A program made the position numbers and the translations under genes. Below are positions 1 through 13,197 of a DNA stretch of 64,000 bases, piece after piece. The notes beneath the pieces are model-generated. The model saw only the letters and a program-made list of their open reading frames with translations. It did not search any database and was not told the DNA's origin. The first letter of the stretch is position 1. Every line of letters starts with the position of its first letter. The DNA is from Eledone cirrhosa (taxonomy: Eukaryota), in contig OZ024741.1 of the NCBI GenBank assembly GCA_964016885.1, positions 67,270,001-67,334,000 of the forward strand, given 5' to 3'.

Positions 1-980
1 CACATTATACCCTAACGGATAGTACGGACTATACGCAGATATTTTACGTCTTGATGTGGTAGCTAATTATATGTTATGTTTATACCATTACTTATTTGTA
101 TAGGTAAGTATATATTACCTGTATGTTTTGTGAAGGTACGTATACTTTCTCGTACGTATATCTGATTGTATATGTTATGGCGTATATATTATATATTCTG
201 TTACATATGCTTTTGGTTATGTGTGTATACGTGAGTTTTGCGTTTGTGTGAGTATGCGGGTTCGTACGTATGTAGGGTGTGTGTATATGTGTACTTTGTG
301 TTTTGGTTGACGTATGTCTCCGAACATATGTGTATTTACATGTAGGTATGTGTGTGCGCTTGTTATATACGTATCTATTTATTTATATACGTTTATTTAA
401 TTATATGTATACACGCGCACACACACATATATATATATATATTTTATATATATTTTTATGTGTACTTGGTGTATACATTCCTATGCGTGCGGGTACAGGC
501 GTTGCGTGGGTTCTGTAAGTAAGTGCGTACTGGGTTTTTTTTGTGTACGTGCGTGTATTTGTATACCTATGGCGAGTGTTTTCGCGTATGCTTGTGTATG
601 TACGTTTATGGATGTGTGTATGCATTTATTTAATTTCAGTTACCTCTGTATTTTATTTACTTTATTCTTAACTCTGAAGCCGAGAATCAATAAAGTTTCC
701 TAGTTAGAATTCTTGTCTACGACTTCAGTTATACCATTTACGTGGTTTTGTCTTTGCGTGCAATTGTTCTCCCCGCTCCACATATGACGTATTTTCTTCG
801 TTTTTTCCGTTCATTGCCAGATAACGTCTCTATGAACCACCTAATAGAATATTAGTCTACGACTTCTTTTATACCATAAACGTGGTTTTGTCTTTGCCAG
901 AGAACGTTTCCACGAACCAAAGTATCGTCTTCCTGTCTTCCTCCGGTTGCAACGTTTTTTGAAATATTCACTTCTGCGTT

Positions 981-1054
981 CAGATTGACTTTGTTAGTTT
1001 CAGAAGATCCTGTTAAGGGTGAAAGCAGCGATTCTTTGCTTAAACTTTAATCTG
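981..1054 (+). ncRNA. Degenerate type I hammerhead ribozyme (core CAGAAGA, U4 changed to A)
   Basis: agttt-CaGAAGA-tcctgttaagggt-GAAA-gcag..ttgc-TT-aaact; helix I extends via cagatt/aatctg. Confidence 0.5.
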
Positions 1055-1292
1055 TTATTTTAATAAATATTTGCTCTACGGTTCTTATATATTTGATATA
1101 TATTTATCCTTATCGAGCCCTCTTTGGATTTTAGTCTTCAAATTTATTATTATTACTATATATATATATATATATGTGTCAATCAATTTCTAGTTGATAT
1201 AAAAGGATCGGATCTATTCATTGGAATCTTTGAGCATATTCTACAGTGGATATGGCGCATGTCACTCCGACATGACACCCTTAACTTAATTT

Positions 1293-1352
<60 letters not shown>

Positions 1353-1743
1353 CAAAGAAACACAAATGCACCGAGGAATCAAAGGTAAAATACATGCGCA
1401 TTCGCACACCATTTCCTGCAGACAAACAGAAAGAAGCAAAAAAGGAAAAAACGATAGAATAGAGTCGAAGCAAGCGCTAATAGAAAGGAGACACACGTGA
1501 GAGACAGTTGTCAATAAAGTCACAATGGGTGAGGAAAGGTCTTTGACAATTAATTAATTACTTTATTGGTCGATTAACCAACTAAATGAATGGATTAATA
1601 ATAAAAACCGAGGTGAGACTGTGCAAATGAGTGTTTAATCTGGTAGTATTACTTTCCCAAGGTACATCCACTATGTATATATATATTTATATATATATGT
1701 GTGTATATATATATATATATAAATGTGTGTGTGTGTGTGTATG

Positions 1744-1786
<43 letters not shown>

Positions 1787-1949
1787 ATATATATATATAC
1801 ACACTCACACGCACACATAGAAAATGTAGTGAAATATAGACACAATCATATATATATACGCACACCCACATACACGCAGCCTCCTCCCCACATACGTATA
1901 TATATATATATATATATATATTAAATATATATTATATATATATGTATGT

Positions 1950-2003
<54 letters not shown>

Positions 2004-2005
<2 letters not shown>

Positions 2006-2143
2006 CGAAGGAATTGTGGTAAGGAACCCGATGGTCCATAACGCACCAGAGTACTCAATACTTAGGGTAGTAGAGTGGGTAATAGGAAAAAGTATGATCT
2101 CCGTCAAAACACCTTGAGCTCTGCCGTCGGGGTCATACCTTTT

Positions 2144-2146
<3 letters not shown>
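2004..2146 (-). mobile_element. Truncated 3' end of PLE-like/HHR family B, flanked by (TA)n
   Basis: Similar to 20975-21100, 22728-22915 and 37621-37815 (ggaattgtggtaaggaacc..gagtactcaatacttagg..gagctctgccgtcgggg). Confidence 0.7.
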
Positions 2147-2177
<31 letters not shown>

Positions 2178-2469
2178 GTTGTCATCTATTTGTGTGTTTC
2201 AATGGGAAATATTGTTTCTGTTTAAAATAAAATAGTTATACCCGGCGACACTTCGTTCTCTCGGTCCGTGAGGAGTGCAATATGTCTAAGTGATAAGTGG
2301 CGGAATAATGAGGAGTTTCGTACGTGACCAATTATAACAGCTCTTTCGTCTAGCTCGATTTACTGCGGCTATTAAATCAATACTGCTTGATGTCAGCAAT
2401 GAAGTGTGATGTGGGTGGCGATCTCTTTAGTGTCTATGAACGTAGTAAACGGTACATTATATATACGTA

Positions 2470-2542
<73 letters not shown>

Positions 2543-2785
2543 GTATGTATATATATATATATATATACATATAGTAATAATAATAAAATTGAAGACTAAT
2601 AAATATATATATACATATATATATATATATGTATATATGTATATGTATGTATATATATATATATGTGTGTATATATATTTATATGTATATGAGAGAGAGA
2701 TGTGATTGCGTGTACGTGTATGTACGTGTCTGTGTGTGTGAGTATGTACACACACACACACACAAACAAACACACACACATACAA

Positions 2786-2871
<86 letters not shown>

Positions 2872-2910
2872 GTATATATATATGTATATATATACCTGTA
2901 TGTTACCTAT

Positions 2911-3394
2911 GGTGTGGAAGTCGGACCTTCGTAGAGACCTGAAAATCCGCCTCTTCATTGCTGTAGTGGAGTCTGTGCTGCTGTATGGGTCTGAGACTTG
3001 GACACTGACCAAGAAACTCACTCAGATGGTGGATGGGTGCTACACGAGAATTCTGAGCATGGCTCTGAACATTAATCAGTATACACTGAGGATGAAAAAC
3101 TCAGAGCTGTATGGGAGCATCCCAAATGTCAGCTCAAAAGTGACACAGAGGAGACTGAGGTTGGCTGGACATGCTCACCGACATCCAGAGTTGACATTGC
3201 ACTCAGTGCTCCTTTGGGAGCCCCTACATGGACACACTAGAAGAGGAAGACCAAGGTTAACATATGTTGATGCCCTAAGGACAGACACTGGTCTGTTGGA
3301 GATGCAGGATATGGCAGCGATAATGAGGGACAGAGACCGCTGGAGAGAACTCGTCCATGGATCTCGAGAATTTTACCCGCCTTAGATAGATAGA
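2911..3394 (+). mobile_element. 5'-truncated RTE-type LINE, C-terminal part of the RT ORF
   Basis: [47 protein letters not shown]; stop at 3383-3385 overlapping a (TAGA)n tail; candidate TSD atgttacctat 2900-2910 / atgtcacctat 3394-3404. Confidence 0.85.
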
Positions 3395-4513
3395 TGTCAC
3401 CTATTGGCTGCGTTCATCTATTAGGTATGATTACGCTCTGCGTCCGTCGTAAACCAAGTTCGAATCCTGATCACGGCAAATAAAGTAAATGTTTTTCAAT
3501 GAACATGTAAAAGGGTATACGAAGTTAGTCGAAGTAAATCGGCACTGCGTCTGTCGTTTCTTTACTCATTCAATGACATAGTTAGACATATATTATCAAA
3601 AATAAAAATCCATTGCACAGATACGTTAATCAGTAAGATAACCGAGTCGTGTGGGTATGATATCAATATATCAAAATCCCAGACTTGGTTTTTGTACTTC
3701 CGATATGTTAACAATATTCCGACTAGAACCGCCGTTCATAGAAATTAGGTAATATGGCTTGAAATTACTTCCTCAGCGTGGATTAGTCTCCTACGAATGG
3801 AAAGGTCCGTTTACCAGGCTAGTACACGCCAGTGACGGTCATCAACAAGTGTATTAGTAAGTTTAGACATTTAGTGACATACGACTTCTCATGAAAGAGA
3901 GTGTAAGCCAGAGCTATCTATTGTTAGGAAACACGATGGCGGGAATTCAATATTAAAAATTCAATTCAACTAAAGCACTCAAGCGGGAGCTTCTGTAAGG
4001 AAATAAAGACAGAGTTACAGACACTAAATAAATCGAACTCAAATATATGAATTAAAAACTTCATATTTCAATTCAAATTTGGATTAGTCATCTAGTTACA
4101 TTTGGGTTACATAAATAGGTATACGCGGCTTCTCGAAAAGAATTAGGACAGCCACGGCCGTTGTTTTACTCACTCAATGATATATTTAGGTTTGTATAAT
4201 TAAATATACAAAAAGCATTACTCAGAATACTCATTTGCGTTAATGAGTTAGAAAACCGACTTCGTTTGGGAGTGAGGAAACAATTCCAAATGAAAATTAT
4301 TATATGCAGATTTATGTTTCTTTATATATTTCTTTCATTCTTTCAATTTGTTTCTTGTGTTTTAAGCCTAGTTACATGGAAAGCTAATTACATTCGTTAG
4401 GCTGGTATCTTATTGACATGAACAAATGTTTAATTATCCATAGTTTTAACATTTCTTCAGTTGATGACAAAACGATGTTATAAATTCTGCCTAAATCACT
4501 GTTTGATTTATTA

Positions 4514-4609
<96 letters not shown>

Positions 4610-4811
4610 GAGAAAGAGATAGAGAAAGAAAGAGAAAGAGCTAGAGGGAGAAAAAGACCCTGAGTTAGAGAGATTTTCCTGCAAGGTGGCTGGCGAATTA
4701 AGGATCCATTTGTCTGTGCGTGTTATGTAACTGTGTGCATTTTCTGCTGGTTCCATATTCATATACATCCACGCTAACATGCACCTATTTTGATATATGT
4801 TTATAAATAAG

Positions 4812-5085
4812 GCACGTGGAGGCAAGTGGCCTAGTGGTAAGGGTGTTGCACTTACAATCATAAAGTCGTGCGTTCGATTCCTGGGTTGCGTTTTGTGTTC
4901 TTGAGCAAAAGACTTCATTTCACGTTGCTCCAGTATACTCAGCTGAAAATGAGTATCAGCGATTGATGGGAGTTTAGCCCCTCGTTGGACTGGCCTCCTG
5001 TCCAAGGGGGAGTCTTGTACATTCAGTCGCTTCACGCCACGAAACCGGGATAAGCACCGGCCAAATGAGCCTTCTGGCTTTAGAC
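4812..5085 (+). mobile_element. tRNA-derived SINE
   Basis: A box TGGCCTAGTGG and B box GTTCGATTCC, then a body (tgtgttcttgagcaa..tttcacgttgctcc) shared with 42601. Confidence 0.75.
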
Positions 5086-5087
5086 AG

Positions 5088-5134
<47 letters not shown>

Positions 5135-5752
5135 CACACATTGCAATGAGATAGTTTTTTGTTAATTTCATTCGGTTTCGTATTATATATATACATAATT
5201 AAAATTATTGTTTTTATGGTATCTTTGTACTCTTGTAAATCTTCCCATTGTCTATAATTAGCTCTAGTACCTAACTATTGGACAAATAAACATAAGCATT
5301 CGCTAAGCAGCAACGATTTGTTTTCTAAGAATGTTTACTTTTTCATATTGTAATTCGCGTTATTCTTGTTTTTACCGTCTTTTACTACTAACAAATTTAC
5401 ATAATCAATTTGGTTTTTGCTTGGTTATTTGTTATTTGCTTAGATGAATACTGAATATTTTATTTTGCTTTAATGTTTCTGGTTTATTTTATCATTAAGA
5501 TTTCAGAAGTGTTTTTGTGTACCAGTTTTATGTTTGAATTTACGTATCCTTTTTTTTTTTTTTTTTTGTATTCAATTCAATATTATATTCTACGTATATT
5601 TTATATTTGTCAATTTATTTTTCCCGGAAATTTTATTAGATTTGTTTAATCGTCCGTACTTCTGATACGACGGTATTTCCATTTTGTGAATTTGTCTGTA
5701 TATCTTTTATATATATTCAAATATTCAAATATATGTTCAAATATATGTTCAA

Positions 5753-5944
<192 letters not shown>

Positions 5945-7038
5945 TACTTCTGCAACATCCTGACCTTCTGTGGCCATAATGTTTGAACGAATGGTTTTTT
6001 CTGCTGAAATGTAATTGGGTTTCATAGGACTAGTTTGCATTTTAATAGCCCATCCCTAGTAATGTAATGATAATTACAATTCTGCCTGCTGTATCATTAA
6101 ATCCAATAAAACAAATATGAAATAACATTTAAAAAAACTAAATTAAATTTATCTGTATTTTATGTATGGACATGGCTTGGAAAGGCTTTTGGCATTTTGT
6201 TATATTTGTCGTATTGGGGATCTCGTTTTAGCTGTAAAATAGTCAAAACAATGTGGGTTTCTCTCCTTTCGAATTATTATAATGCATCTCTACTTGATTG
6301 TGACAAGCCAGTTCTGTCATGTTAGCAATATATTACCGATAGATTTAGACAGGGATTACAGACTTAGATTTTATGACTGTATTTTACTATTCTGGACATG
6401 AGTCGAAGTTAAGTCGTTTCATCAGAATTACGTTAACATTCATGCTGTCATTGAACGTTTTATGTACTCTTAGTTAATCACTTAATGGTGATAGGTATAA
6501 GACAAATAGGTGCTACGTGCATAAATCGGTGCTTCGTGTAGATGTTGCTAATATCGGAAAGATTCGATATATTTTTGCACATAGATTAACTTTTCTATAA
6601 AATGTCAAATACAACAAAAAAATGTTATTGCTCAACATATCGTCAAATTCTGTTATAGATCTTAGGAAATAAACATTTTTATCGTAATATTTATTAATTT
6701 TTATTTCTTGAGATTTCACACTAGAAATCTCATTATCGTGATTACAGTATCTATACAATAAAACGCATGAAATCGTGTGTCTATGAAGTTGTTACGGAAT
6801 TTTCTACTTTCTGAAAGAAAATGGTTCTTACTACTACTACTAATAATAATCATAATAATAATGGTTTTTGCTTTAGGCGCAAGGCCAACCATTTTAGAGG
6901 AGGGGAAAGACGATTAAATCAACCCAGTGCGTTAATGGCACCTTTAGAATGATCCTAGGGTCTCCATTACTTGTTTTAACTGGTACGGCACACATATTGA
7001 GAAGGGTACTATCACTCTGAGAAAGATAATCATCTATG

Positions 7039-7126
7039 GAAGAAGAAGAAGAAGAAGAAGAAGAAGAAGAAGAAGAAGAAGAAGAAGAAGAAGAAGAAGA
7101 AGAAGAAGAAGAAGAAGAAGAAGAAA
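7039..7126. repeat. (GAA)n microsatellite
   Basis: Direct reading. Confidence 0.95.
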
Positions 7127-8456
7127 GCAATGAAAATGCCCTTGCCTAAACTGATCTGATCATTTTTTTCATTTGGCTTGTCCCCAAACTTCTATTAATG
7201 GTCTCTGAGTATTTGGTGATGGTGATAGATAGATAATGGTACCAGTGGTGGCAGCAGCAATGGTGAGGTGTTAGGGTTTGGAAAATAAAATGGATTGTCA
7301 AGAAGACGCAGAAAAAGTTGTAATCAAGAAATTATTTTATCAAATATGTTTGAATATACACTCCGTTACAAATCACTGGTATTATTGTAGATAATTACCA
7401 ATCAATAAATAACCCAGCACGTTTCCCTCACCATCCTCCGGGGAAATGCCTACTCTATTATGTCTGTGAGGGCCATTGGCAGCCACCGTGTAGGCCCCCA
7501 TTTGGTCATAATAGTGAGAGATGAGGAGAGCGGGAGAGATGGTGTCAGTGACAATGGAGTTTGGTTACTTTGTGTTTGGGTCTGGAGTATATGTATATTT
7601 TTCACGGACACACACTAACATCTGTCCTCAAATCTCATTGAATTAAAAGAGGATACGTATAGCTTCCATCAGTACCTCCTCATCAGAGAATTTCCAACAA
7701 TAGCTATGAAAATAACCCATATTTAGATATGATTCCTATGTATTTTGATGTCAATGATGAGTTATAAAATCCGTTACTTTGTTGTTTAGGCGTAAATCCA
7801 CACTGATGAAGTAGAACTATAATCAAATGTGTTATTTTGTAAAGGCCTGGTCCCACTTCAACACTGGTTCAAAAATTAGCACCATAAAAGCTTTTTCAAT
7901 CGTAAACATTTAACATTTTTTTCACTATATGCTTATTATTCAGAGCCACGTTATCCAGTCTAAGCTTTTCTAAGTTAGCTGTTTGTTATTTGAAGCAGAT
8001 TATGTTGCTATTTCTAGCAGGTTTGGCGACCACATTGCCTTTCTTATATTTTGCTAGTGCGTGTGTTATTCTTCTACCTGCAAGGCTTAATGTAACTTTT
8101 ATTTTACTATTTATACCGTTCTATGTCCATGGCAACATTATTTCTAAACTACTTAAAAATCCGCCATTAACGTGTCAAACATTTCACATCCGGGCGATAA
8201 GAGCATTTCATACTTTAGTACAAGATCGTGCCTATGATACTTGGCTCCAATAAAATGGCTATCCCAAACGTCACTAAACCACTTCATCAAGAAACGTAAG
8301 CCGTGGGATAGGATAAATATTTGGTATTTATTTCAAAGAAAATATAAAGAACTGATGAAGAAGAAAAACAATAGAATTGTGCTGCTGATAACATTTTTAA
8401 CGAGGGAAAATTGTTCGATAAACACAATAAAACATCCCCCCCCCCCACACACATAA

Positions 8457-8491
<35 letters not shown>

Positions 8492-8509
8492 CGTGTGCTA
8501 ATGCGCTTG

Positions 8510-8593
<84 letters not shown>

Positions 8594-8600
<7 letters not shown>

Positions 8601-8780
8601 ATACTTTGCTGCCAATAAAAAGACGCGCCTGTTGGTTTTCACTTATTTTAAATTTCCAGTTGGTTGGTTCAATAACCGTATGGTTGTTTATATATTGCCA
8701 AACCTCTTTCGTCACACATTCTGTGACCTCCTCAGTGACAGATTTCTTATTGTGTGTCCCTCCTTTGTTCTGTCCTACAC
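8594..8780 (-). mobile_element. Solo 3' terminus (pLTR) of Penelope family A, with HHR at 8696-8740
   Basis: Reverse complement of 34930-35147; tgtca-CTGAGGA-ggtcacagaatgtgtgac-GAAA-gagg-TT-tggca; abuts (TA)n. Confidence 0.75.
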
Positions 8781-10379
8781 AAAATAAATTATGGGTAACA
8801 AATATTGGAGTGAAATTATATTTTATTTAAACGAAAATAAAATCCCCTCAGTTATTTTTCATCTTTTTATTTTTATTTTATATTTTCTATATTTTATTTT
8901 TACGTTTATTAACAAATTGTTTTTTCTTTATATTTCAACTTTTCCTTTTTATTTTTCATTGTTTCTTTTACTGTGTATTTACTTGATTTACTTGTTTACA
9001 TTGTGTTTTGCAACCGCAATGCCGTATATATCACCTGTAAATAATGTCCTAGGGACAGTTTGACACAAACCACGTGTTTTCAAACGTCTGAGTCGAACCA
9101 CATATTTGCATAGTTAAATATTTAACATAAGTATTCAATTACAATTGTTTTTCAGCCCTACTATATGCGAAACACGTGTTATTTGAATACACATTTTGTT
9201 ACACTGTAATTGCCCTCACCAATATTATATATATATATATATGTGTGTGTGTGGGGGGGGGGGTATTTGTGTGAGTGAGCGTGTGTTTGCGTCCTTGTCT
9301 GTGTTTACGTTTATTGATTGACTATATCTAGTAACCTGTTGGTTCAACAGATAGAGATCGATAGAATCGATACCAGACTTGCGAGACAAGTACTGGGTTC
9401 GAAATAATCGTTTAAATCCGTGTATCAATGTCCAAGCATTGTCACTGAAAAGAATTACAGGATAAAGTTAACTATAATGTCTTATATCATTAACATGGAA
9501 AGATATGTAATAGGTAGGAAACAGCTGATATCGTAGTTCGTCGCAGATCAGTGCTGATCAGTGCTGATTGCATAGAAGTATTATTATAGAAAGTCCAAAT
9601 ATTTACCACTACATTTTAAAATGTTTCTATCTTTTTTCTAAACCATTTGAGGGAAATGTAATTGTATTTGATAATTCATAGATAGAAAATATCCCCTCAT
9701 TTTAAACTTCATTCTTTTATTAAAAAAATATGAAAATATTTGGCATCTTCCATGAAAGGAAGAATTCCGACACAACAAGAGTTATTTGCCTCAAAACCAT
9801 CAAATGAAGAAAATGAGAGAAAAATTCCCACGTATTGTATTATGCACATACAAGTTGAACATTTTCGTGGAGTTCAACAGATTGAAAATTTGGTTCCAGA
9901 ACTTACTATACAGAAACTTACTACATTATCGAAAAAATTGACGACAAATAATAAAGAACCATACAATAACACACGCCATTCAGAAAAGAACATTCAATTT
10001 ACGAAATAATTTATATATGTTAACACAAAGCTTTCGAAACCTTTGTTGAAAAAAAGTATTTTTAGTAATACACAAAAAAATTTGATTTTTTTTCAATTAC
10101 ATCTCGCAGTCTAATGACAGAATCTAGTAAAAGAATATTTTACTTTTAAACTAATTTCAATGTACTTTTATTTGAAAGATTTTATCTGAATCTTTTCTAA
10201 TCAATTTTTTTTTAATGTAAGGCCAAAGAAAAACTGTGTGCATTTTTTGTTTCTCTTTTCATATATGTTTATCATTTTCTCCTATAAAACTTTTACTGAT
10301 TAAAATAACTGACAAACCAAGATTGTTTTGAAAGTTAGAAAAAATGCTCCAAATTCGGAATTTTCATCCAAGTAGAATT

Positions 10380-10415
<36 letters not shown>

Positions 10416-10487
10416 GTAAACAGAAATAACAACACAATCGGTACAGTATATAGAAGGGATATACACACATACATGTACGTATATATA

Positions 10488-10553
<66 letters not shown>

Positions 10554-11439
10554 TGTTATATATATGTTATACACACACACACACATACATATATATATAT
10601 TCAAAATCTTGATTAGCATCACACAAGTAATTTATACACGAACGGATTATTTTCTAGTGCTATACATATCATTCTAGAACAAATCCGTGAATTAGTTGTT
10701 GATAGTTGATCACATAAAAAAAGAATGATAATGAACATTTTTTTTTACTAATTTACAAGATCTTTGATCGAGCTAACTGTTTTGGAAATCGACCCGCTAG
10801 AAATAGTAAACCAAGTACACATCAAATACGGCCCAATAAAATATTAAAACAAACAAGACATTTGATTATAGATGTGCACGATTCAGAATGGGTAGAATAT
10901 AAACCAGAGGTTCTACGAGGGTGGTTCAAAACATTTGTTGAAAAAGTACATAGCTAAAAATCATACCCAAGGATTATAATCTAAACGTACTTGTAAGTTC
11001 TCGTTCTAATGCCTTATAATATGTTCTAGCATGGACCCTTAAATGCATATTGCAACACGGCGGTGCCAGTCGGAAGTCAGCACCCACTAGAGCAATATGC
11101 CTGAGCTCTATCTGAACCTCTTCTGTTGACTATATTCAGTAAATTTGGGTTTTGTAGTGTAAAAATAGAAAATGGTGAATTGAGGATAGGCTTCACAAGC
11201 GCATGTGCCCAGAATGATTAAATGGTTCGGCATACTCTTTCAGTTTTTCAAAATTGGAATCAACTTCCCATTTTACCCAAATAGCTGGCGTTGTGCCAAT
11301 CTTAGATAACACTGTTATGATTACTATGACATTGTTCTTTTTGTTATTGTTCTTACTGCTGCTGTTGTTGCTGCTGCTACTGCTGTCGCTGTTGTGGTTG
11401 TATTTGTTAATATTTAGCTCGCCATTATCATTATTACGA

Positions 11440-11675
11440 TCACCGTCATCATCCCCATCATTATAATCATCAACATCATCATCATCATCATCATCACCAC
11501 CGACATCATCATCACCATCACCAACACCACCACCATCCTCATCATCATCACCAGCACCATCCTCATCAATATGATCATCATCACCATCACCATCACCATC
11601 ATCATAATCACCATCACCACCATCATCATCATCATCACCATCATCATCATCACCACCACCACCACCACCACCATT
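11440..11675. repeat. Degenerate (CAT/CAC)n low-complexity tract
   Basis: Direct reading. Confidence 0.9.
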
Positions 11676-11863
11676 TGATCATTACGATCAAGGAGAAGCA
11701 CAAGCGGTCTGCAGAAATCAGCGGAAATCTCTCATGTAAATAATAATTTCGATCGTAAATTAAATTTCTATAAAAGTAAAATATATATATACATAACTAT
11801 AAAAACACAACTAAAATCCTGATTAAACATCAAATGTATCCAAAATTAGCATGTTTTCAAAAT

Positions 11864-12695
11864 ATAATTGTTTCTACATTTGGCACAAGGCCAGCAATTA
11901 CTCAGTACATTACTGGTACTTTATTTTATCGACCCCGTAAGGATGAAAGGTAAAGTTAACCTCAGCGGGATTTGAACTCAGAATGGCAAGGGCCATATAC
12001 AAATTATAATTGTTTCTACATTTGGCACAAGGCTACAATTATTCCAGTGTATTACTGGTACTTTATTTTATCGACCTCGTAAGGATGAAAGGCAAAGTTA
12101 ACCTCGGCGGGATTTGAACTCAGACAATAAAGTAACTCTTTGCTGCAAAGCATGGCGTCCGACCCTCTACCGATACTGCCAATCTACTGCCGTATACAAA
12201 ATATAATGTTTATACAAAGGAAACGGAATTTGGAAAAAATAATTGTTTCTACTTTTGGCACAAGGTCAGCAATTACCCAGTACATTGTTGGTACTTTATT
12301 TTATCGACCCCGTAAGGATGAAAGGTAAAGTTAACCTCGGTGGGAGTTGAACTCAGTCCGTAAAGGGACGTAACTCTATGCAGGTAAGCATGGTGTCCGA
12401 CTACTGCCAAAAATAATGGCTACCATTACGAATTGTTGGCTTTCTAGAGAAAGATGGACTGAGAGATGTATAGAATGTGACTGCGTGAGAGAAATAGAGA
12501 GATGATAGAGACGGGGGAGGATGATAAAATGGTTTCTAATACAGCCACAAGGTCAGCAATTTTGGTGGAGGGGAAAGTCGATTAAATCGACCTCAGTGCG
12601 TGACTGGTACCTTATTTTATCGACCTCGTAAGGATGAAAGGCAAAGTTAACCGCGCCGGGATTTGGACTCAGACCATAAAGGGCCGTAACTCTTT
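11864..12695 (-). mobile_element. Cluster of four same-orientation tRNA-derived SINE copies
   Basis: Unit ..ggcacaagg..ggtactttattttatcgacc..gtaaggatgaaagg..gggatttgaactcag (B box GTTCAAATCC on the minus strand) at about 11865, 12005, 12240 and 12530. Confidence 0.8.
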
Positions 12696-13197
12696 CACCC
12701 TTAGTATTATATAGCAATGGGACATGAGTGTACATACTTGTTTGTGTGCCTTTGTATGATTGTATCGTTTGCTGACTCAATTTTGTTTATAGTCTTAGGA
12801 TATGAAAATGACTGTTACTTGTGCTGCAGCACATTTGTAATAAAATAAATATAAACATAAAGAAGAAGAAGAAGAAGAAGAAGAAGAAGAAGAAGAAGAC
12901 AAATAATAATAATAATAATAATGATTTCATTTATTGGCCACAAGGGCCGACATATAGGGGACAATACAAAAGACTGGGACAGTGGAGTTTTACAGAAAAA
13001 TCGAGTAAACAATATGAATAAACAAAGTAACAATAACAAAGTAACAATAAAGTAACAAGAAAATTACAACAAGAAAACATTCCCCAATAGGGGGGATGAC
13101 CGCCTAGGGTTCGCTCAGGTACCCCACCAGTCCTGAACGACCCGACGCTTCGAGAGAACCCTGGAAGGGCACCCCTCTCCTCCTCAAATTTACCCAC

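Noticed and set aside
3510-4270. Diverged direct repeat (about 3515-3655 vs 4115-4270)
   Set aside because: Too degraded to classify; no ribozyme or coding signal found
4812-4885. Genuine tRNA genes (also 42601-42670)
   Set aside because: No complete cloverleaf; they continue into a shared SINE body
5945-6100. Possible minus-strand host exon ending GAA/gtaata
   Set aside because: No recognisable protein similarity and weak splice evidence
7660-7830. CTGATGA motifs at about 7680 (minus) and 7803, also 19775 and 32869
   Set aside because: No matching helix II, GAAA and helix I
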